Counted from the first letter of the stretch, positions 38,157 through 49,453 are shown. The stretch: DNA of 64,000 nt from an uncultured Streptococcus sp. (GCA_963533485.1 CAUSPE010000005.1:2509-66508); one strand, 5' to 3'. Notes: generated by a model not told the origin, from the letters alone. Numbers and translations are program-made.

Positions 38157-38639
38157 ATGTCAAAAGAAGTTATTGTTGAAAGTTTTGAACTTGACCACAC
38201 CATTGTTAAAGCACCCTATGTTCGCTTGATTGGGGAAGAAACAGGACCAAAGGGAGATGTCATCTCCAACTTTGATATTCGCTTGGTGCAACCAAATGAA
38301 GACTCTATCCCTACCGCTGGCCTTCACACTATTGAGCACCTCTTAGCCAAGCTCATCCGTACCCGCATTGACGGTATGATTGACTGTTCGCCATTTGGTT
38401 GTCGTACAGGCTTCCACATGATTATGTGGGGACGCCATACCAGTGCTGAAATTGCTGCTGTTATCAAGGATTCGCTCAAGGAAATCGCTGAAACCACTAC
38501 TTGGGAAGATGTCCCTGGAACAACCATCGAATCTTGCGGAAACTACAAGGACCACAGCCTCTTTTCTGCTAAAGAATGGGCGAAACTCATCCTAGAACAA
38601 GGAATCTCAGATGATGCCTTTGAACGCCATATCATCTAA
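38157..38639 (+). CDS. luxS: S-ribosylhomocysteine lyase
   Basis: [26 protein letters not shown]. Confidence 0.98.
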   Translation: MSKEVIVESFELDHTIVKAPYVRLIGEETGPKGDVISNFDIRLVQPNEDSIPTAGLHTIEHLLAKLIRTRIDGMIDCSPFGCRTGFHMIMWGRHTSAEIAAVIKDSLKEIAETTTWEDVPGTTIESCGNYKDHSLFSAKEWAKLILEQGISDDAFERHII

Positions 38640-38697
38640 ACACAAAAGGAACCAGCTTTTAGCTAGTTCCTTCTTTTTTTATTCTCAAAATCTTGAG

Positions 38698-40803
38698 TTA
38701 GGCTTTTTCACGAATGACCAAAACGCCATCTTCCATATCTGCTTCCAAATGTTTAGCATCTAGATGATCCAAGTGGAAGTCTGTCACCTTATCACGAATT
38801 TGTTGTTCAACCACGCGACGGAGAGGACGAACACCCATAACTTCGTCATAGCCTTCTTCTGTGATAAAGTCCTTAGCTGCTTGGCTGACTTCCAAATCAA
38901 TGTCTTTCTTAGCCAAGGTTTGGTTGACTTCCGCCAACATCAAGTCCACAATCTTAGAAAGGTCTTCCTTATTCAAGTGTGAGAACTCGATAACTGCATT
39001 AAAGCGGTTAAGGAACTCTGGACGGAAGAATGGTTTCAAACGATCCATCAACTCTGGTTTATCCGCATCTTCTGTCAAGTTAGCTTCATAGCCAAATCCA
39101 GCATTTGATGTTGCGATAATGACAGTGTTTTTAAAGTTAACTGTATTTCCTTGACCATCAGTCAAACGACCATCATCCAAGACTTGGAGGAGAAGGGTGA
39201 TTACTTGAGGATCAGCCTTTTCAATTTCGTCCAATAGAATGATAGAGTAAGGATTGCGACGAACACGTTCTGTCAAGGTATTGCTATTGTCATCATACCC
39301 CACATAACCGGCTGTTGTACCGATCAGCTTAGATACAGCTGTTCGGTCACTGTATTCAGACATATCCAAACGAATGATAGCATCCTTGGTTCCAAACATA
39401 TCGAGCGCCAATTGCTTAGCAAGCTCCGTCTTACCAACCCCAGTAGGCCCTACAAAGAGGAAGCTACCGATTGGGCGATTGCCTTCATCAAATCCTGCAC
39501 GGTTACGACGGATAGCACGAGCTACAGCTTCAACCGCCTTGTCTTGGCCGATAACCTTGTGTTCCAAACGATGAGCCATATCTTTCAAACGTTCGATGTC
39601 TGACGCTCCCATTTGTGATACTGGAATACCAGTCATACGCTCTACGGACTCGGCCACATCATTGACAGTGGCAGTCACTTTCATATCTTCTGTGTGGTTT
39701 TCGACTTTTTTCTCCAATTCTGCAATGCGAGTTTTGGCATTGAGAGCTGCTTCAAAATCTTCTGCCTCAACTGCTTTTTCTTGCTTGTCTTTTTCTGCCT
39801 CAATTTCACGTTCAACAGCATGAACATCTGTTACCGGATGTTGAGCTGCCAAGTGAGCTGCCGTTACATCGACAAGGTCGATAGCCTTATCAGGCAAGCT
39901 ACGTTGAGGAATGTATTGGACAGAATAATCCACTGCTGCTTTCAAGACTTCGTCTGGCAAGATGACATTGTGGTGTTGTTGATAGAGGTCACGAATTCCT
40001 TGAAGGATTTTAAAAGTATCCTCTGCTGAAGGAGCATTGACCTTGACTTCGTTGAAACGACGAGCAAGAGCTGCATTCTTCAAGATAGTATTACGGTGTT
40101 CGTCTTGAGTTGTTGCCCCAATCACGGTCAATTCTCCACGAGAGAGAGCTGGCTTGAGAATATCCGCAAGCCCCTTAGAACCACTGTCTCCACCAGTGCT
40201 ACCAGCACCGAGAATTTGGTGAATTTCATCAAAGAAGAGGATGATATTTCCTGCTTCTTTCACTTCATTGACTAAGTTTTGAACGTTTTCTTCAAAGCTA
40301 CCACGGTATTGAGTACCAGCCTCAAGACCTGAGATATCAATGGAAATAATTTCTTTATTCTTAATAGCAGCTGGGACATCTCCGTTCACAATAGCTTGTG
40401 CTAGACCTTCGACAACTGCTGTCTTACCAACACCTGCGTCTCCGACCAGAACGGGATTGTTTTTGGTACGGCGTGAAAGGATTTCAGAGGTTTCTTGAAT
40501 TTCCTTGTTTCGTCCGATAACAGGATCCAACTTGCCCTCACGCGCTTCTGCTGTCAAGTTTCGACCTAATTTAGCAAGAACACCATCTTGTTTCATACCT
40601 GAAGCCTGTTGTGACATTTGTCCATCAGTTTCTGTATTTCCTGGTAATTGCCCAGTTGCACGATAATGAGCAAATTCCTCAGGTGTCACTTCGCGTCCAT
40701 TGATTAAGTAGCGACGGTTTTCAGAACTGTATCCTCGCATACCACCCATCAATTGGTTAAATAAATCATCCATGTTGTTAAAGTTATTAAAGTTGTTATT
40801 CAT
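38698..40803 (-). CDS. clpL: AAA+ disaggregase ClpL
   Basis: 701 aa; N-terminal [15 protein letters not shown] and [13 protein letters not shown]; two Walker A motifs ([16 protein letters not shown]). Confidence 0.96.
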   Translation of the reverse strand: MNNNFNNFNNMDDLFNQLMGGMRGYSSENRRYLINGREVTPEEFAHYRATGQLPGNTETDGQMSQQASGMKQDGVLAKLGRNLTAEAREGKLDPVIGRNKEIQETSEILSRRTKNNPVLVGDAGVGKTAVVEGLAQAIVNGDVPAAIKNKEIISIDISGLEAGTQYRGSFEENVQNLVNEVKEAGNIILFFDEIHQILGAGSTGGDSGSKGLADILKPALSRGELTVIGATTQDEHRNTILKNAALARRFNEVKVNAPSAEDTFKILQGIRDLYQQHHNVILPDEVLKAAVDYSVQYIPQRSLPDKAIDLVDVTAAHLAAQHPVTDVHAVEREIEAEKDKQEKAVEAEDFEAALNAKTRIAELEKKVENHTEDMKVTATVNDVAESVERMTGIPVSQMGASDIERLKDMAHRLEHKVIGQDKAVEAVARAIRRNRAGFDEGNRPIGSFLFVGPTGVGKTELAKQLALDMFGTKDAIIRLDMSEYSDRTAVSKLIGTTAGYVGYDDNSNTLTERVRRNPYSIILLDEIEKADPQVITLLLQVLDDGRLTDGQGNTVNFKNTVIIATSNAGFGYEANLTEDADKPELMDRLKPFFRPEFLNRFNAVIEFSHLNKEDLSKIVDLMLAEVNQTLAKKDIDLEVSQAAKDFITEEGYDEVMGVRPLRRVVEQQIRDKVTDFHLDHLDAKHLEADMEDGVLVIREKA

Positions 40804-40845
40804 ATTTTTTACCTCGTTTATTGTTAATTATTTGCGATCTCTGAT

Positions 40846-40862
40846 ATTGACTATCTTTGACC
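40846..40862 (-). promoter_or_regulatory. CtsR box proximal to clpL
   Basis: GGTCAAA-GAT-AGTCAAT versus consensus RGTCAAA-NAN-RGTCAAA. Confidence 0.85.
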
Positions 40863-40886
40863 TTTGTTTTAAAAAATTTAGACTAG

Positions 40887-40976
40887 CTAAATAGCTACTC
40901 TACGTATAATTTCTGGTTTTTCTTTTTTAAATAAGCCTTTTATCATCTTCTTTTCAAAGTCTGTTAGATTTAACAT
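40887..40976 (-). CDS. Putative 29-aa small protein in the clpL leader
   Basis: AGAAAGGGGTGA RBS, then MLNLTDFEKKMIKGLFKKEKPEIIRRVAI*. Below the ORF-track cutoff. Confidence 0.6.
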   Translation of the reverse strand: MLNLTDFEKKMIKGLFKKEKPEIIRRVAI

Positions 40977-41073
40977 AGGCCTCACCCCTTTCTAGGGTAT
41001 CTATTATACATTTTCAAGAAATAGAGTCATTGAAAATGAAGTTTTCTAAGGAATTCATTTTCCTTATGTTTCT

Positions 41074-41125
41074 ACTATATCACATTGGTCAGTAAAAGTC
41101 AATAACTTTTTGACCAAATTTGACT
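41074..41125 (-). promoter_or_regulatory. Distal clpL promoter overlapped by two oppositely oriented CtsR boxes
   Basis: TTGACT (41102-41097)-17-TATAGT (41079-41074) with TGTG extension. GGTCAGTAAAAGTCAAT (+, 41087-41103) and AGTCAAATTTGGTCAAA (-, 41125-41109). Confidence 0.8.
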
Positions 41126-41152
41126 ATTTTTTAAAAAGTTTTTTCGAAGTAC

Positions 41153-41189
41153 AAAAAAGTCCCTAGAAAACGAATTTTCTAGAGACTTT
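41153..41189 (-). terminator. Terminator of the adhesin gene
   Basis: AAAGTCCCTAGAAAA-CGAA-TTTTCTAGAGACTTT with a T tract on the minus strand. Confidence 0.75.
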
Positions 41190-41255
41190 CTCTATCAAGT
41201 TTAAGAGAGAAGGAATATTCTCACTTACCAAGTTTCATGTTTCTCCTACGAAAGC

Positions 41256-44200
41256 CTAAGCTTTACGTTTTACGAAGAATACCAATCCACTCAATGCCAA
41301 GACTGCAAATCCAAGTGCAGAAAGGAGAGAGGTTGCTTCCCCTGTGTTTGGAAGTTCAGCTTTACCTTTAGTCTCCGTAGCTGGAGGTGTTTGTTTTGGA
41401 TCCTCTTTTTTTCCTGGATCAGTTGGTTCTGTTCCTGGAGTTGGATTTGTTCCTGGATTATTTGGCGTTGGATCTGGTGTTGGTGCTGGATCTGGCGTTG
41501 TTCCTGGATTATTTGGAGCTGGATCTGGTGTTGGTGCTGGATCTGGCGTTGTTCCTGGATTATTTGGAGATGGATTTGGTTCTGGCGTTGGTGTTGGAAC
41601 AGTGTATTTATTTGTAAATACAACTTCTTTACCATCGGCATACGAAACCTTTGCAGTCAAGAGACCTTGACCATCCGCAACTACAGTGACTGTTACGGTA
41701 TGCTCGGTCTTATCGTATTCAATACCCTCTTCCTTACCAACTTTTTCAACCAAGGTATAAGTGTAAGTACCTGCTTCTTCGAATGAACGAACAAAGGCTA
41801 CTTTACCTTCGGCAGTATTCTTAGCTGTAGCTACAACGGCGCCTTTCTCTTTCAATTCGAAAGTATAAGCATCAGCCGCAAGTTCTTTACCTTCAAGTTT
41901 CTTAGTTGCTTCAATCGTAGCTTCTACCGCTGGTGCTTTGAAGCTATTCTTGAAGACACTACCTGCTGGATATTCAACAGCTGCCTTCAAAGTGTTGGTT
42001 GCTGCATCTTTGGTTACTTTTACCACCACAGTCTTTTCTGTATCGTAAGTAATACCAGTTGCTCCGGCACTCACTTCTTTTACAGTATAAGTATACTCAC
42101 CTTCTGCATCATAGTTGATTGCATTAAATGTTACTTTTCCACCTTGGTTTGTTTTTGTATCAATTTTTTGTCCATCTTTGTACAATTCAAAGTGGAACTC
42201 ACCATCAACCAAAGCACGACCAGTCAATTCTTTCGTAAACTCAAGTGTTGCTGATGTAGCTGTTGGAGCTGGTGCTGTATAAGTGTTTGTGAAGACCCGT
42301 TCTGTATCCGCATCTTCTACAGTCGCAACCAATTGGCCTTTACCATCATCCGCAACAGTGACGAACACTTCATACGCATTTTGATCATAAGTGATTGTTT
42401 TATCGTCACCAGCTTTTTCAGTAATAGTGTAAGCGTAATCGCCTGCTGCTGAGAAAGTGACGTTGAAGACAACTTCTCCTGAGGCAGTATTCTTAGCCGT
42501 TGCTACAAGGTCTGAACCTTCTTTCAGTTCAAATGTGTAAGCATCAGCTTCAAGCGCTTTTCCTTTCAAGACTTTCTTAGCCTTGATTGTAGCCTGCGCA
42601 GGTTCCGCTTTATAGTCATTAACGAAAACTGGTGTTTCACTTGTAACTGTCGCGACAAGTTGACCTGAGCCATTATCTTTCACTTCTACAGTTACTGGAT
42701 GTTCTGTTTTATCATAAGTTACACCAAGTTTATTGCCAACCTTTTCTGTAATAGTATAGTTATATACTCCTGCTGTTGAATAGCTAATTTCAGAAAAACG
42801 AATTAATCCACCAGCAGCATTCTTTGCTGTCGCAACAACCTTGTCACCCTCTTTCAGTTCAAACTCAAACTCATCTATCTCTAGCTCTTTACCATTCAAA
42901 ACTTTTTTAGCTTCAATAGCAATTTTTGCTGGAGCTGCTTTATAAGTGTTAGTGAAGGTTGGGTTGTTACCTGTAACAGTTGCAACAAGTTGACCTGCAC
43001 CGTTATCTGTAACTTTTACCTTAACTTCGTGTTTAGCAGTATCGTATGTCACACCTTTTTCACTACCCGCTTTTTCAGTGATAGTGTAAGTGTAATCACC
43101 TGCTGTTTCGAACTCAATTTCTTTGAAAGTAACGGTGCCGTCTGCAGCGTTTTTAGCTGTTGAAACAACTTTGTCACCTTCTTTAAGCTCGAATTCGTAT
43201 TTATCAGCTTCAAGTTCTTTACCGTTCAAGACTTTCTTAGCTGTGATAGTTTCTTTAGCTGGAGTTGCTTTATAGGTGTTAGTGAAATTTGGTTCTGCAG
43301 ATGTGACAGTTGCTGTTAAAACTCCACTTTGGAAAGTTGCTGCTACAGTAACTTCCTTGGCTTCTGTATCAAATGTAACGCCTGTAACTGCTGTTGAAGT
43401 GTCTTCTTTGATGATGTAGTGATAAGTTCCCGCACCTTTTACTTGGAGATTCTCAAAGGTAATAGTCCCATCAGCTTTTGATTTTGCTGTAGCTACAGGA
43501 TCCTTCAAGTTCTCTGCAGTAAACAGGTTAAAGGTAAACTCATCTGCTTTTGGAAGTTTATCTGTACGTCCTTCTACTACTTTCTTAGCCGTCACATTGA
43601 ATACAGCTGGAACAGGTTCGTCTTTAAGATGAATAGTAGAACCCGCAGCACCGAGTTTGACTGTATACTCTTTTTCATCTAGTTTATAACCTGCTGGAGC
43701 AGTCTTCTCTTTGATCTTAAACGTTTTACCTTCCCATTTTTGATCATAAGTTTTCGTAAGCGCTACTCCTTTTTCATTCGTAGTCACTTCTGTTGTTTCA
43801 CTTGCATCATCTGCTGCTGTCACAGTATATACCGCACCCGAAACCGGAGCAAGAGTGAAGGCATCAGTCTTATGAATCTTAATTTGGTAAGCAGTAGATG
43901 CTACAATCGTACCAGAAATCAAAGATGTCGCCTCAGCTGTCATATCAAGTGCTCCCGGACGACTTGTATTCTGTGCTAATTTAGTCCCGTCAGCCAATGA
44001 CAGAGCAACCCTATTTCCTACTTTACTTCCATCATTAGGAGTTGTTGTGTTATAAGAGACTATATAAGAGGTCGTTCCATCTTTAAAAATGATATCAAAT
44101 GAAGTATAGTTTTCGTTCCACGAAACGGTATAGTCTTGTCCCTCAGTTAACAAAACTGCATCATCTGGAACAGCAGAAGTCCCAACAGTGATATTTGCCT

Positions 44201-45044
44201 TATACACTTTTAGAGTCTCAGGAATATACTGTGCAGGAGTGTAACTAGTATCATCATTTGGTATAGTATCATGTAATACAATATTTTGTCCTAAGTCTTG
44301 TTTCTCTGTATTTACACGTACACGCCAGGTAGACCATGCATCTCCCTTGCTAACCGAACCAATCTCAGCCAGTTTTGGAGAGTTCCAATTTTCAAGGGCA
44401 GCACGACCCCCAATTTTAGCATAATTTTCAGTACCAACTTTGGGACCATCAATTGTTTTTGATGAATAAATATGAGTCACTTCTTGCTTCAATGAGGATG
44501 AATTAAAATTAATGCGGGTTTTATTCTGATCCTTTAAGAATCTAAAAGTAACAGAAAAATTCCCTGACACATCCTTTACCTTATCTCCACCAGTTTTCTC
44601 TAGATATTTATCCAAATTTTTCAAGGTGATTTTTGCTTTCCCACCTTGATCAGTACCATTTGAAGTCACTTCAGCTTCTCCAATAGTAACTTTTGTTGTC
44701 GGATCAATTAAATCCTGACTCCCTTCATAAACTGCCATAGGAGCAGGTATATCAAAGGTAAAATAATCTCCATTATTCAAATGTTCATTATACTGTTTGA
44801 GATCAAAGGTCACGCGAAGCTTATATGCTAAATTCGTACGAAGCGAGAAATCTCCTTCTGAACTCACATTTTGCTTAGTATCTGAAGCATCTAACAGATC
44901 AATGCCTGTAATTACTTGTGTCAATTCTTTTGAAACAGGATTATCTGCTTTAACAATCCCTACCAAAACAGATGCTAGAGCTAAAATAGCAAAAGCTAAC
45001 GCAGAAAATTTAGAAAGCATATTTAACGCTTTGCTTTTCGACAT
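41256..45044 (-). CDS. LPXTG-anchored fibrillar adhesin: Cna-like N-terminal domains, one SpaA/CnaB domain, six Spy0128/FctA-like repeats, Pro-rich stalk
   Basis: Signal peptide; KEKTAPAGY E-box; six repeats with AKK...F/Y-x-F-x-L...Y-x-Y-x-I/V/L-x-E...F-x-N; LPNTG followed by a TM and KRKA tail. Confidence 0.88.
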   Translation of the reverse strand: MSKSKALNMLSKFSALAFAILALASVLVGIVKADNPVSKELTQVITGIDLLDASDTKQNVSSEGDFSLRTNLAYKLRVTFDLKQYNEHLNNGDYFTFDIPAPMAVYEGSQDLIDPTTKVTIGEAEVTSNGTDQGGKAKITLKNLDKYLEKTGGDKVKDVSGNFSVTFRFLKDQNKTRINFNSSSLKQEVTHIYSSKTIDGPKVGTENYAKIGGRAALENWNSPKLAEIGSVSKGDAWSTWRVRVNTEKQDLGQNIVLHDTIPNDDTSYTPAQYIPETLKVYKANITVGTSAVPDDAVLLTEGQDYTVSWNENYTSFDIIFKDGTTSYIVSYNTTTPNDGSKVGNRVALSLADGTKLAQNTSRPGALDMTAEATSLISGTIVASTAYQIKIHKTDAFTLAPVSGAVYTVTAADDASETTEVTTNEKGVALTKTYDQKWEGKTFKIKEKTAPAGYKLDEKEYTVKLGAAGSTIHLKDEPVPAVFNVTAKKVVEGRTDKLPKADEFTFNLFTAENLKDPVATAKSKADGTITFENLQVKGAGTYHYIIKEDTSTAVTGVTFDTEAKEVTVAATFQSGVLTATVTSAEPNFTNTYKATPAKETITAKKVLNGKELEADKYEFELKEGDKVVSTAKNAADGTVTFKEIEFETAGDYTYTITEKAGSEKGVTYDTAKHEVKVKVTDNGAGQLVATVTGNNPTFTNTYKAAPAKIAIEAKKVLNGKELEIDEFEFELKEGDKVVATAKNAAGGLIRFSEISYSTAGVYNYTITEKVGNKLGVTYDKTEHPVTVEVKDNGSGQLVATVTSETPVFVNDYKAEPAQATIKAKKVLKGKALEADAYTFELKEGSDLVATAKNTASGEVVFNVTFSAAGDYAYTITEKAGDDKTITYDQNAYEVFVTVADDGKGQLVATVEDADTERVFTNTYTAPAPTATSATLEFTKELTGRALVDGEFHFELYKDGQKIDTKTNQGGKVTFNAINYDAEGEYTYTVKEVSAGATGITYDTEKTVVVKVTKDAATNTLKAAVEYPAGSVFKNSFKAPAVEATIEATKKLEGKELAADAYTFELKEKGAVVATAKNTAEGKVAFVRSFEEAGTYTYTLVEKVGKEEGIEYDKTEHTVTVTVVADGQGLLTAKVSYADGKEVVFTNKYTVPTPTPEPNPSPNNPGTTPDPAPTPDPAPNNPGTTPDPAPTPDPTPNNPGTNPTPGTEPTDPGKKEDPKQTPPATETKGKAELPNTGEATSLLSALGFAVLALSGLVFFVKRKA
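41449..41567. repeat. 51-bp coding tandem repeat (about 2.3 copies) encoding PNNPGTTPDPAPTPDP[A/T]
   Basis: GTTCCTGGATTATTTGG recurs at 41449, 41500 and 41551. Confidence 0.9.
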
Positions 45045-45314
45045 TTCTTCTCCTCTTTTCTATATGAAATTTTTATTTCTAATCTCCCTAAGAGATTACA
45101 TCATACCATTTTGACAACCCCTATCACTAACTAGAGTTTATCTATTATATTATAACATCTCAATACAATCTATTCAAGTTTAATAACTAGAAAATAAGTT
45201 TTTATAAGAATTTATTATATTATTCTCCTGAATTTCAACACTTTGTCACCAGAATTAACAAAATTTCTCAGTATTTTTCATATGATATGTCGAAAATTTA
45301 TCTTTTAGATATAG

Positions 45315-45342
45315 AAAAAAGCCAGTCCTATAGACTAGCTTT
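45315..45342 (-). terminator. Terminator of pfl
   Basis: AAAGCTAGTC-loop-GACTGGCTTTTTT on the minus strand. Confidence 0.75.
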
Positions 45343-45362
45343 CTTTTCATTCTAATTGAATC

Positions 45363-47678
45363 TTAGCTCAATGCGTCATCCATTGAAAGAACTTCGTGGA
45401 AGACACGTTGTGTCAATTCAGTTTTTTGTTCTGGAGTGAGGTATTTAGTGTTTACACAGTATCCAGAGATACGTACGATAACGTCTTCACCTGACATGAT
45501 CTTTTCGTAAACATCGTTCAAGTCCATAACGTTCAAGTTAACGTGTTGTCCACCGTTTTCAAAGTAACCATCAAGGATTGTTACCAAGTTATCAACTTGT
45601 TCGTCACGAGTCTTACCAAGAGCACGTGGAGAAACTTGAGTTGTCAATGAGATACCGTCAGCTGCGTAACCAAAGTCAAGGCTAGCAAGTGAGTTCAAGT
45701 TTTGCAACCATCCACCTTTAGCTTTGTTAGATGGGTTAGCACCTGGTGAGAAGAATTCAAGTTTAGACAAGTTCACAGAACCATCTTCGTTGAGGTATAC
45801 ACCTTTGTGGACTGGTGAGTTACCAGTTTGTTTAGAGTAAGCAACGTTAGATGTGATTGTCAAAAGTGATACTGTAGCTTCTGCGTCTTTGTAAAGTTTG
45901 TGGCTACGTAGACGAGTTGTGTAAGCTTCGATCAACCATTCTGCCAATTCGTTTGAACGTGGGTCATCTTCACCCCAACGTGGGTATTCACCGATTGTTT
46001 CGTAATCGTAGATGTAGCCATTTTCGTCACGGATTGGTTTAACAGTAGCGTACTTGATAGCTGACAATGTATCAACAGTGTTAGCAAATCCACAGATACC
46101 GAATCCCATGTTAGCACGTTGTTTAGTTGGCAAGAAGGCCATTTGAACAGCTTCGTAGTTGTACTTGTCAGTCATGTAGTGGATGATGTTCAAAGCATCT
46201 ACGTAAGTGTCAGTCAACCAGTCAAGAGATTTTTCAAAGTTCGCTTTAACTGATTCGAATTCAAGAACTTCGTCACGGATAGGATCGATGTCAAATACTT
46301 TGTAGTCTTTGTGAACATCGTCGTAACCACCGTTCAAACCAGTAAGAAGGGCTTTAAGAACGTTTACACGAGCACCGAAGTACTGGATGTTGTGGCGTTG
46401 ATCTTCGTTTTCTGGGTCAAGTGGTGACACACAGCATGAGATACAGCTCATTTCTCCATATCCGTCTTTAGCCATTGTTGTTACACCTTCGTATTGGATA
46501 GAAGAGTGTTTGTGGCTCATGTGCATACAGTAGCGACGGAAGTTGTATGGCAATTTATCAGTCCAAAGAACTGTCAAGTTTGGCTCTGGAGAGTTACCGA
46601 TGTTGTCAAGAGTGTTCAAGAAACGGTAGTCCATCTTAGTAACACGGTGACGACCATCGTTACCCATACCAGCCATAGAAGTTGTGATGAAGGTTGGGTC
46701 ACCTGAGTACAATTGGTCATAAGCTTTTGTACGAGCAAATTTAACTGTACGAAGTTTCATAACGAAATCATCAACGAATTCTTGGATTTCTGATTCAGTA
46801 AATGTACCACGAGCAAGGTCACGTTCTGCAAAGATGTCCAATACGATTGGCACACGTCCTAGAGATGTAGCAGCACCGTTGATAACACGGCAGACAGCCA
46901 TGAAGGCGATGTTAACCCATTGGATAGCTTCTTTAACGTTCATCGCTGGTTTGCGAACATCAACTCCGTAAAGGTCACCCAAGCGAACAACTTGTTGCAA
47001 TGCTTGGTATTGAAGGTTTATTTCTTCACGAAGACGGATTGTTTCTTCATCGATTTCTTCGATTGCATTCCAGTCGTTTACTTTTTCTTGCATCAAGTAG
47101 TCTGCACCGTAAAGAGCAAGACGTGCGTAAACACCGATGATACGTCCACGTGAGTAAGCATCTGGAAGACCAGTTACAGTGTGAGCGTGACGAGCACGAC
47201 GGATGTTTGAAGTGTAGGCACGGAAGATACCGTCGTTAACTGTTGTTACGTATTTAGTGAAGATTTCGTGAACAGCTGGATCTGGTTCGTATCCATTTTC
47301 TTTCAAAGTAGTTTCAGCCATACGGATACCACCTTTTGGCATGAAGTTCAATTTGAAGAGTTCATCGTTTTGGATACCAAAGATCAATTCGTTTTCTTTG
47401 TCAATAAACCCAGCAGGAATATCAGCAATAGATGTTGGACGAGTGTCCATTGGGAAACGAGTTTCTTCGTAGTGTGCTTTTGTTTCTTCTACGATTTTTT
47501 TGATGTGAAGTGAACGTTCTGTTGGTCCAGCAAGGAAACTTTCATCTCCATCGTAAGGTGTGTAGTTAGCTTGAACGAAGCGAGAAATACTTGCTTTTTC
47601 TTTCCAATCTACGCCTTTGAAGCCTTCCCAAGCTTTATCAAAAATATCTTGTGCTTCAACAACTGTCTTAACAACCAT
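45363..47678 (-). CDS. pflB: Pyruvate formate-lyase
   Basis: ISCCVSP active-site cysteines and RISGY glycyl-radical motif. Confidence 0.97.
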   Translation of the reverse strand: MVVKTVVEAQDIFDKAWEGFKGVDWKEKASISRFVQANYTPYDGDESFLAGPTERSLHIKKIVEETKAHYEETRFPMDTRPTSIADIPAGFIDKENELIFGIQNDELFKLNFMPKGGIRMAETTLKENGYEPDPAVHEIFTKYVTTVNDGIFRAYTSNIRRARHAHTVTGLPDAYSRGRIIGVYARLALYGADYLMQEKVNDWNAIEEIDEETIRLREEINLQYQALQQVVRLGDLYGVDVRKPAMNVKEAIQWVNIAFMAVCRVINGAATSLGRVPIVLDIFAERDLARGTFTESEIQEFVDDFVMKLRTVKFARTKAYDQLYSGDPTFITTSMAGMGNDGRHRVTKMDYRFLNTLDNIGNSPEPNLTVLWTDKLPYNFRRYCMHMSHKHSSIQYEGVTTMAKDGYGEMSCISCCVSPLDPENEDQRHNIQYFGARVNVLKALLTGLNGGYDDVHKDYKVFDIDPIRDEVLEFESVKANFEKSLDWLTDTYVDALNIIHYMTDKYNYEAVQMAFLPTKQRANMGFGICGFANTVDTLSAIKYATVKPIRDENGYIYDYETIGEYPRWGEDDPRSNELAEWLIEAYTTRLRSHKLYKDAEATVSLLTITSNVAYSKQTGNSPVHKGVYLNEDGSVNLSKLEFFSPGANPSNKAKGGWLQNLNSLASLDFGYAADGISLTTQVSPRALGKTRDEQVDNLVTILDGYFENGGQHVNLNVMDLNDVYEKIMSGEDVIVRISGYCVNTKYLTPEQKTELTQRVFHEVLSMDDALS

Positions 47679-47729
47679 GTTAATGTCCTCTTTTTTCTAG
47701 TAACAGTTATCTGTTACATTCTTGAGTCA

Positions 47730-47755
47730 AGTATACCATACAGTAACCGATTTCA
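47730..47755 (-). promoter_or_regulatory. pfl extended -10 promoter with adjacent cre-like site
   Basis: TATGGTATACT (47740-47730); TGAAATCGGTTACT (47755-47742). Confidence 0.6.
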
Positions 47756-47910
47756 ACAAGAGAAAATCGGCATTTTAGACGCTTTCTTTTATAATACAGT
47801 CTCTTTTTTATTCTTATCTGTATTATATTTTTGAAAGTCAGGTTGAACTTTCCCTTTTTTTCAGAAAAAAGGGTATAATAAATAGAAAATGACACTAGAA
47901 AGGGATTGGA

Positions 47911-48972
47911 ATGCTCATATTTCCATTGATAAATGATCTGTCCAGAAAAATCATCCATATCGACATGGATGCCTTTTTTGCTGCGGTGGAAATAAGAGAT
48001 AATCCCAAGTTAAAGGGCAAACCTGTCATTATCGGAAGCGACCCCAGACAAACAGGTGGGCGTGGTGTCGTTTCTACCTGTAGCTATGAGGCACGAGCTT
48101 TTGGTGTTCATTCAGCCATGAGCTCTAAAGAAGCTTATGAGCGCTGTCCCCAAGCTGTCTTTATCTCTGGAAATTATGAAAAGTATAAGGCAGTGGGGCT
48201 TGAGATTCGTGCTATTTTTAAACGATACACTGATTTGATTGAACCTATGAGTATTGACGAGGCATACTTAGATGTGACGGAAAATAAACTCGGTATCAAG
48301 TCTGCTGTCAAAATAGCCCGCCTCATCCAAGAGGATATCTGGCAGGAACTACACCTGACTGCTTCTGCAGGCGTCTCTTATAACAAATTCTTAGCTAAAA
48401 TGGCCAGTGACTATCAAAAACCGCATGGTTTAACAGTTATCCTCCCAGATCAGGCCCAAGACTTTCTCAAACAAATGGACATTGCTAAATTTCACGGTGT
48501 GGGCAAAAAAACAGTTGAACGCCTTCATGAAATGGGTATTTATACTGGTGCGGACTTATTGAACGTCTCAGAAGTCACTTTAATTGATCGCTTCGGCAGA
48601 CTCGGTTTTGACCTTTATCGAAAGGCAAGAGGTATTCATAACTCACCGGTCAAGTCCGATCGCATTCGTAAGTCCATTGGCAAGGAAAAAACCTATGGAA
48701 AGATCCTACAAGTAGAAGAAGACATCAAAAAAGAGCTGACTCTTCTCTCCGAAAAGGTAGCTCACAATCTCAGCAAGCAGGACAAAGCTGGAAAAATCAT
48801 TATCCTAAAAATACGATATGCTGACTTCTCCACTCTGACTAGACGAAAAAGCCTCCCACAAGCAACACAGGACGCTAGTCAGATTTCTCAAACTGCCCTT
48901 CAACTCTACGAAGAACTAGCTGGCAAAGAAAAAGGTATTCGTTTACTAGGAATTACAGTGACAGGATTTTAA
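47911..48972 (+). CDS. dinB: DNA polymerase IV
   Basis: [31 protein letters not shown]. Confidence 0.96.
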   Translation: MLIFPLINDLSRKIIHIDMDAFFAAVEIRDNPKLKGKPVIIGSDPRQTGGRGVVSTCSYEARAFGVHSAMSSKEAYERCPQAVFISGNYEKYKAVGLEIRAIFKRYTDLIEPMSIDEAYLDVTENKLGIKSAVKIARLIQEDIWQELHLTASAGVSYNKFLAKMASDYQKPHGLTVILPDQAQDFLKQMDIAKFHGVGKKTVERLHEMGIYTGADLLNVSEVTLIDRFGRLGFDLYRKARGIHNSPVKSDRIRKSIGKEKTYGKILQVEEDIKKELTLLSEKVAHNLSKQDKAGKIIILKIRYADFSTLTRRKSLPQATQDASQISQTALQLYEELAGKEKGIRLLGITVTGF

Positions 48973-49001
48973 ATCCTCAAAGAGGGCATTGGTTTAAATC
49001 A

Positions 49002-49035
49002 AATGAGGTTGGAACAAAAGTGTTTCAGCCTCATT
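49002..49035 (+). terminator. Terminator of dinB
   Basis: AATGAGGTTGGAAC-loop-GTTTCAGCCTCATT hairpin. Confidence 0.65.
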
Positions 49036-49453
49036 CTGTTTTAAAAATAATTTTTAGATCGTGGTAGCTAACCACTAAAACAGTCTGAGGTACTATCTTA
49101 AATTGCTGACCAGCATTCGGCAGGCTGTATTAGTATTATTCCCTTTTTAGACTCTAATAATTCCTAATTCAAGAAAGCCTTTTCCTCTTATTCCCTCTCT
49201 CTTTTGCTAGAAAACTGAATGCTTTTGAGAAATATAGTTTAGTTTGATGTCCTACCGCATTTGTACTAGGATATATACTATAATTTCCAAGGGACATTCC
49301 CACGCATATACTTGGACTACAATATTTTTTGACAGTTTATTAATGAAAAGGAGCAGTTGGTTTTAAGTAAGTATTAACTCCAACACTTAAAACTAAAAAT
49401 GTGAGATAGATTTCAGATAGTTCCTAATAAAAAAACTTTTTCTCATAAGTGGT

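Noticed and set aside
41449..41600. Regularly spaced repeats as a possible CRISPR array
   Set aside because: Units are contiguous and in frame with no unique spacers; no cas genes.
41291..41786. Trp/Cys-, Gln- and Gly-rich ORFs in alternative frames
   Set aside because: Frame and antisense artefacts of the Pro-rich tandem repeat of the adhesin.
49040..49450. About 400-nt unassigned stretch with a 42-codon minus-strand ORF and a CiaR-like TTTAAG-N5-ATTAAC
   Set aside because: No RBS or recognisable homology for the ORF; the CiaR-like repeat is mismatched and lacks a properly spaced -10. It may be a decayed remnant, but I cannot support a call.
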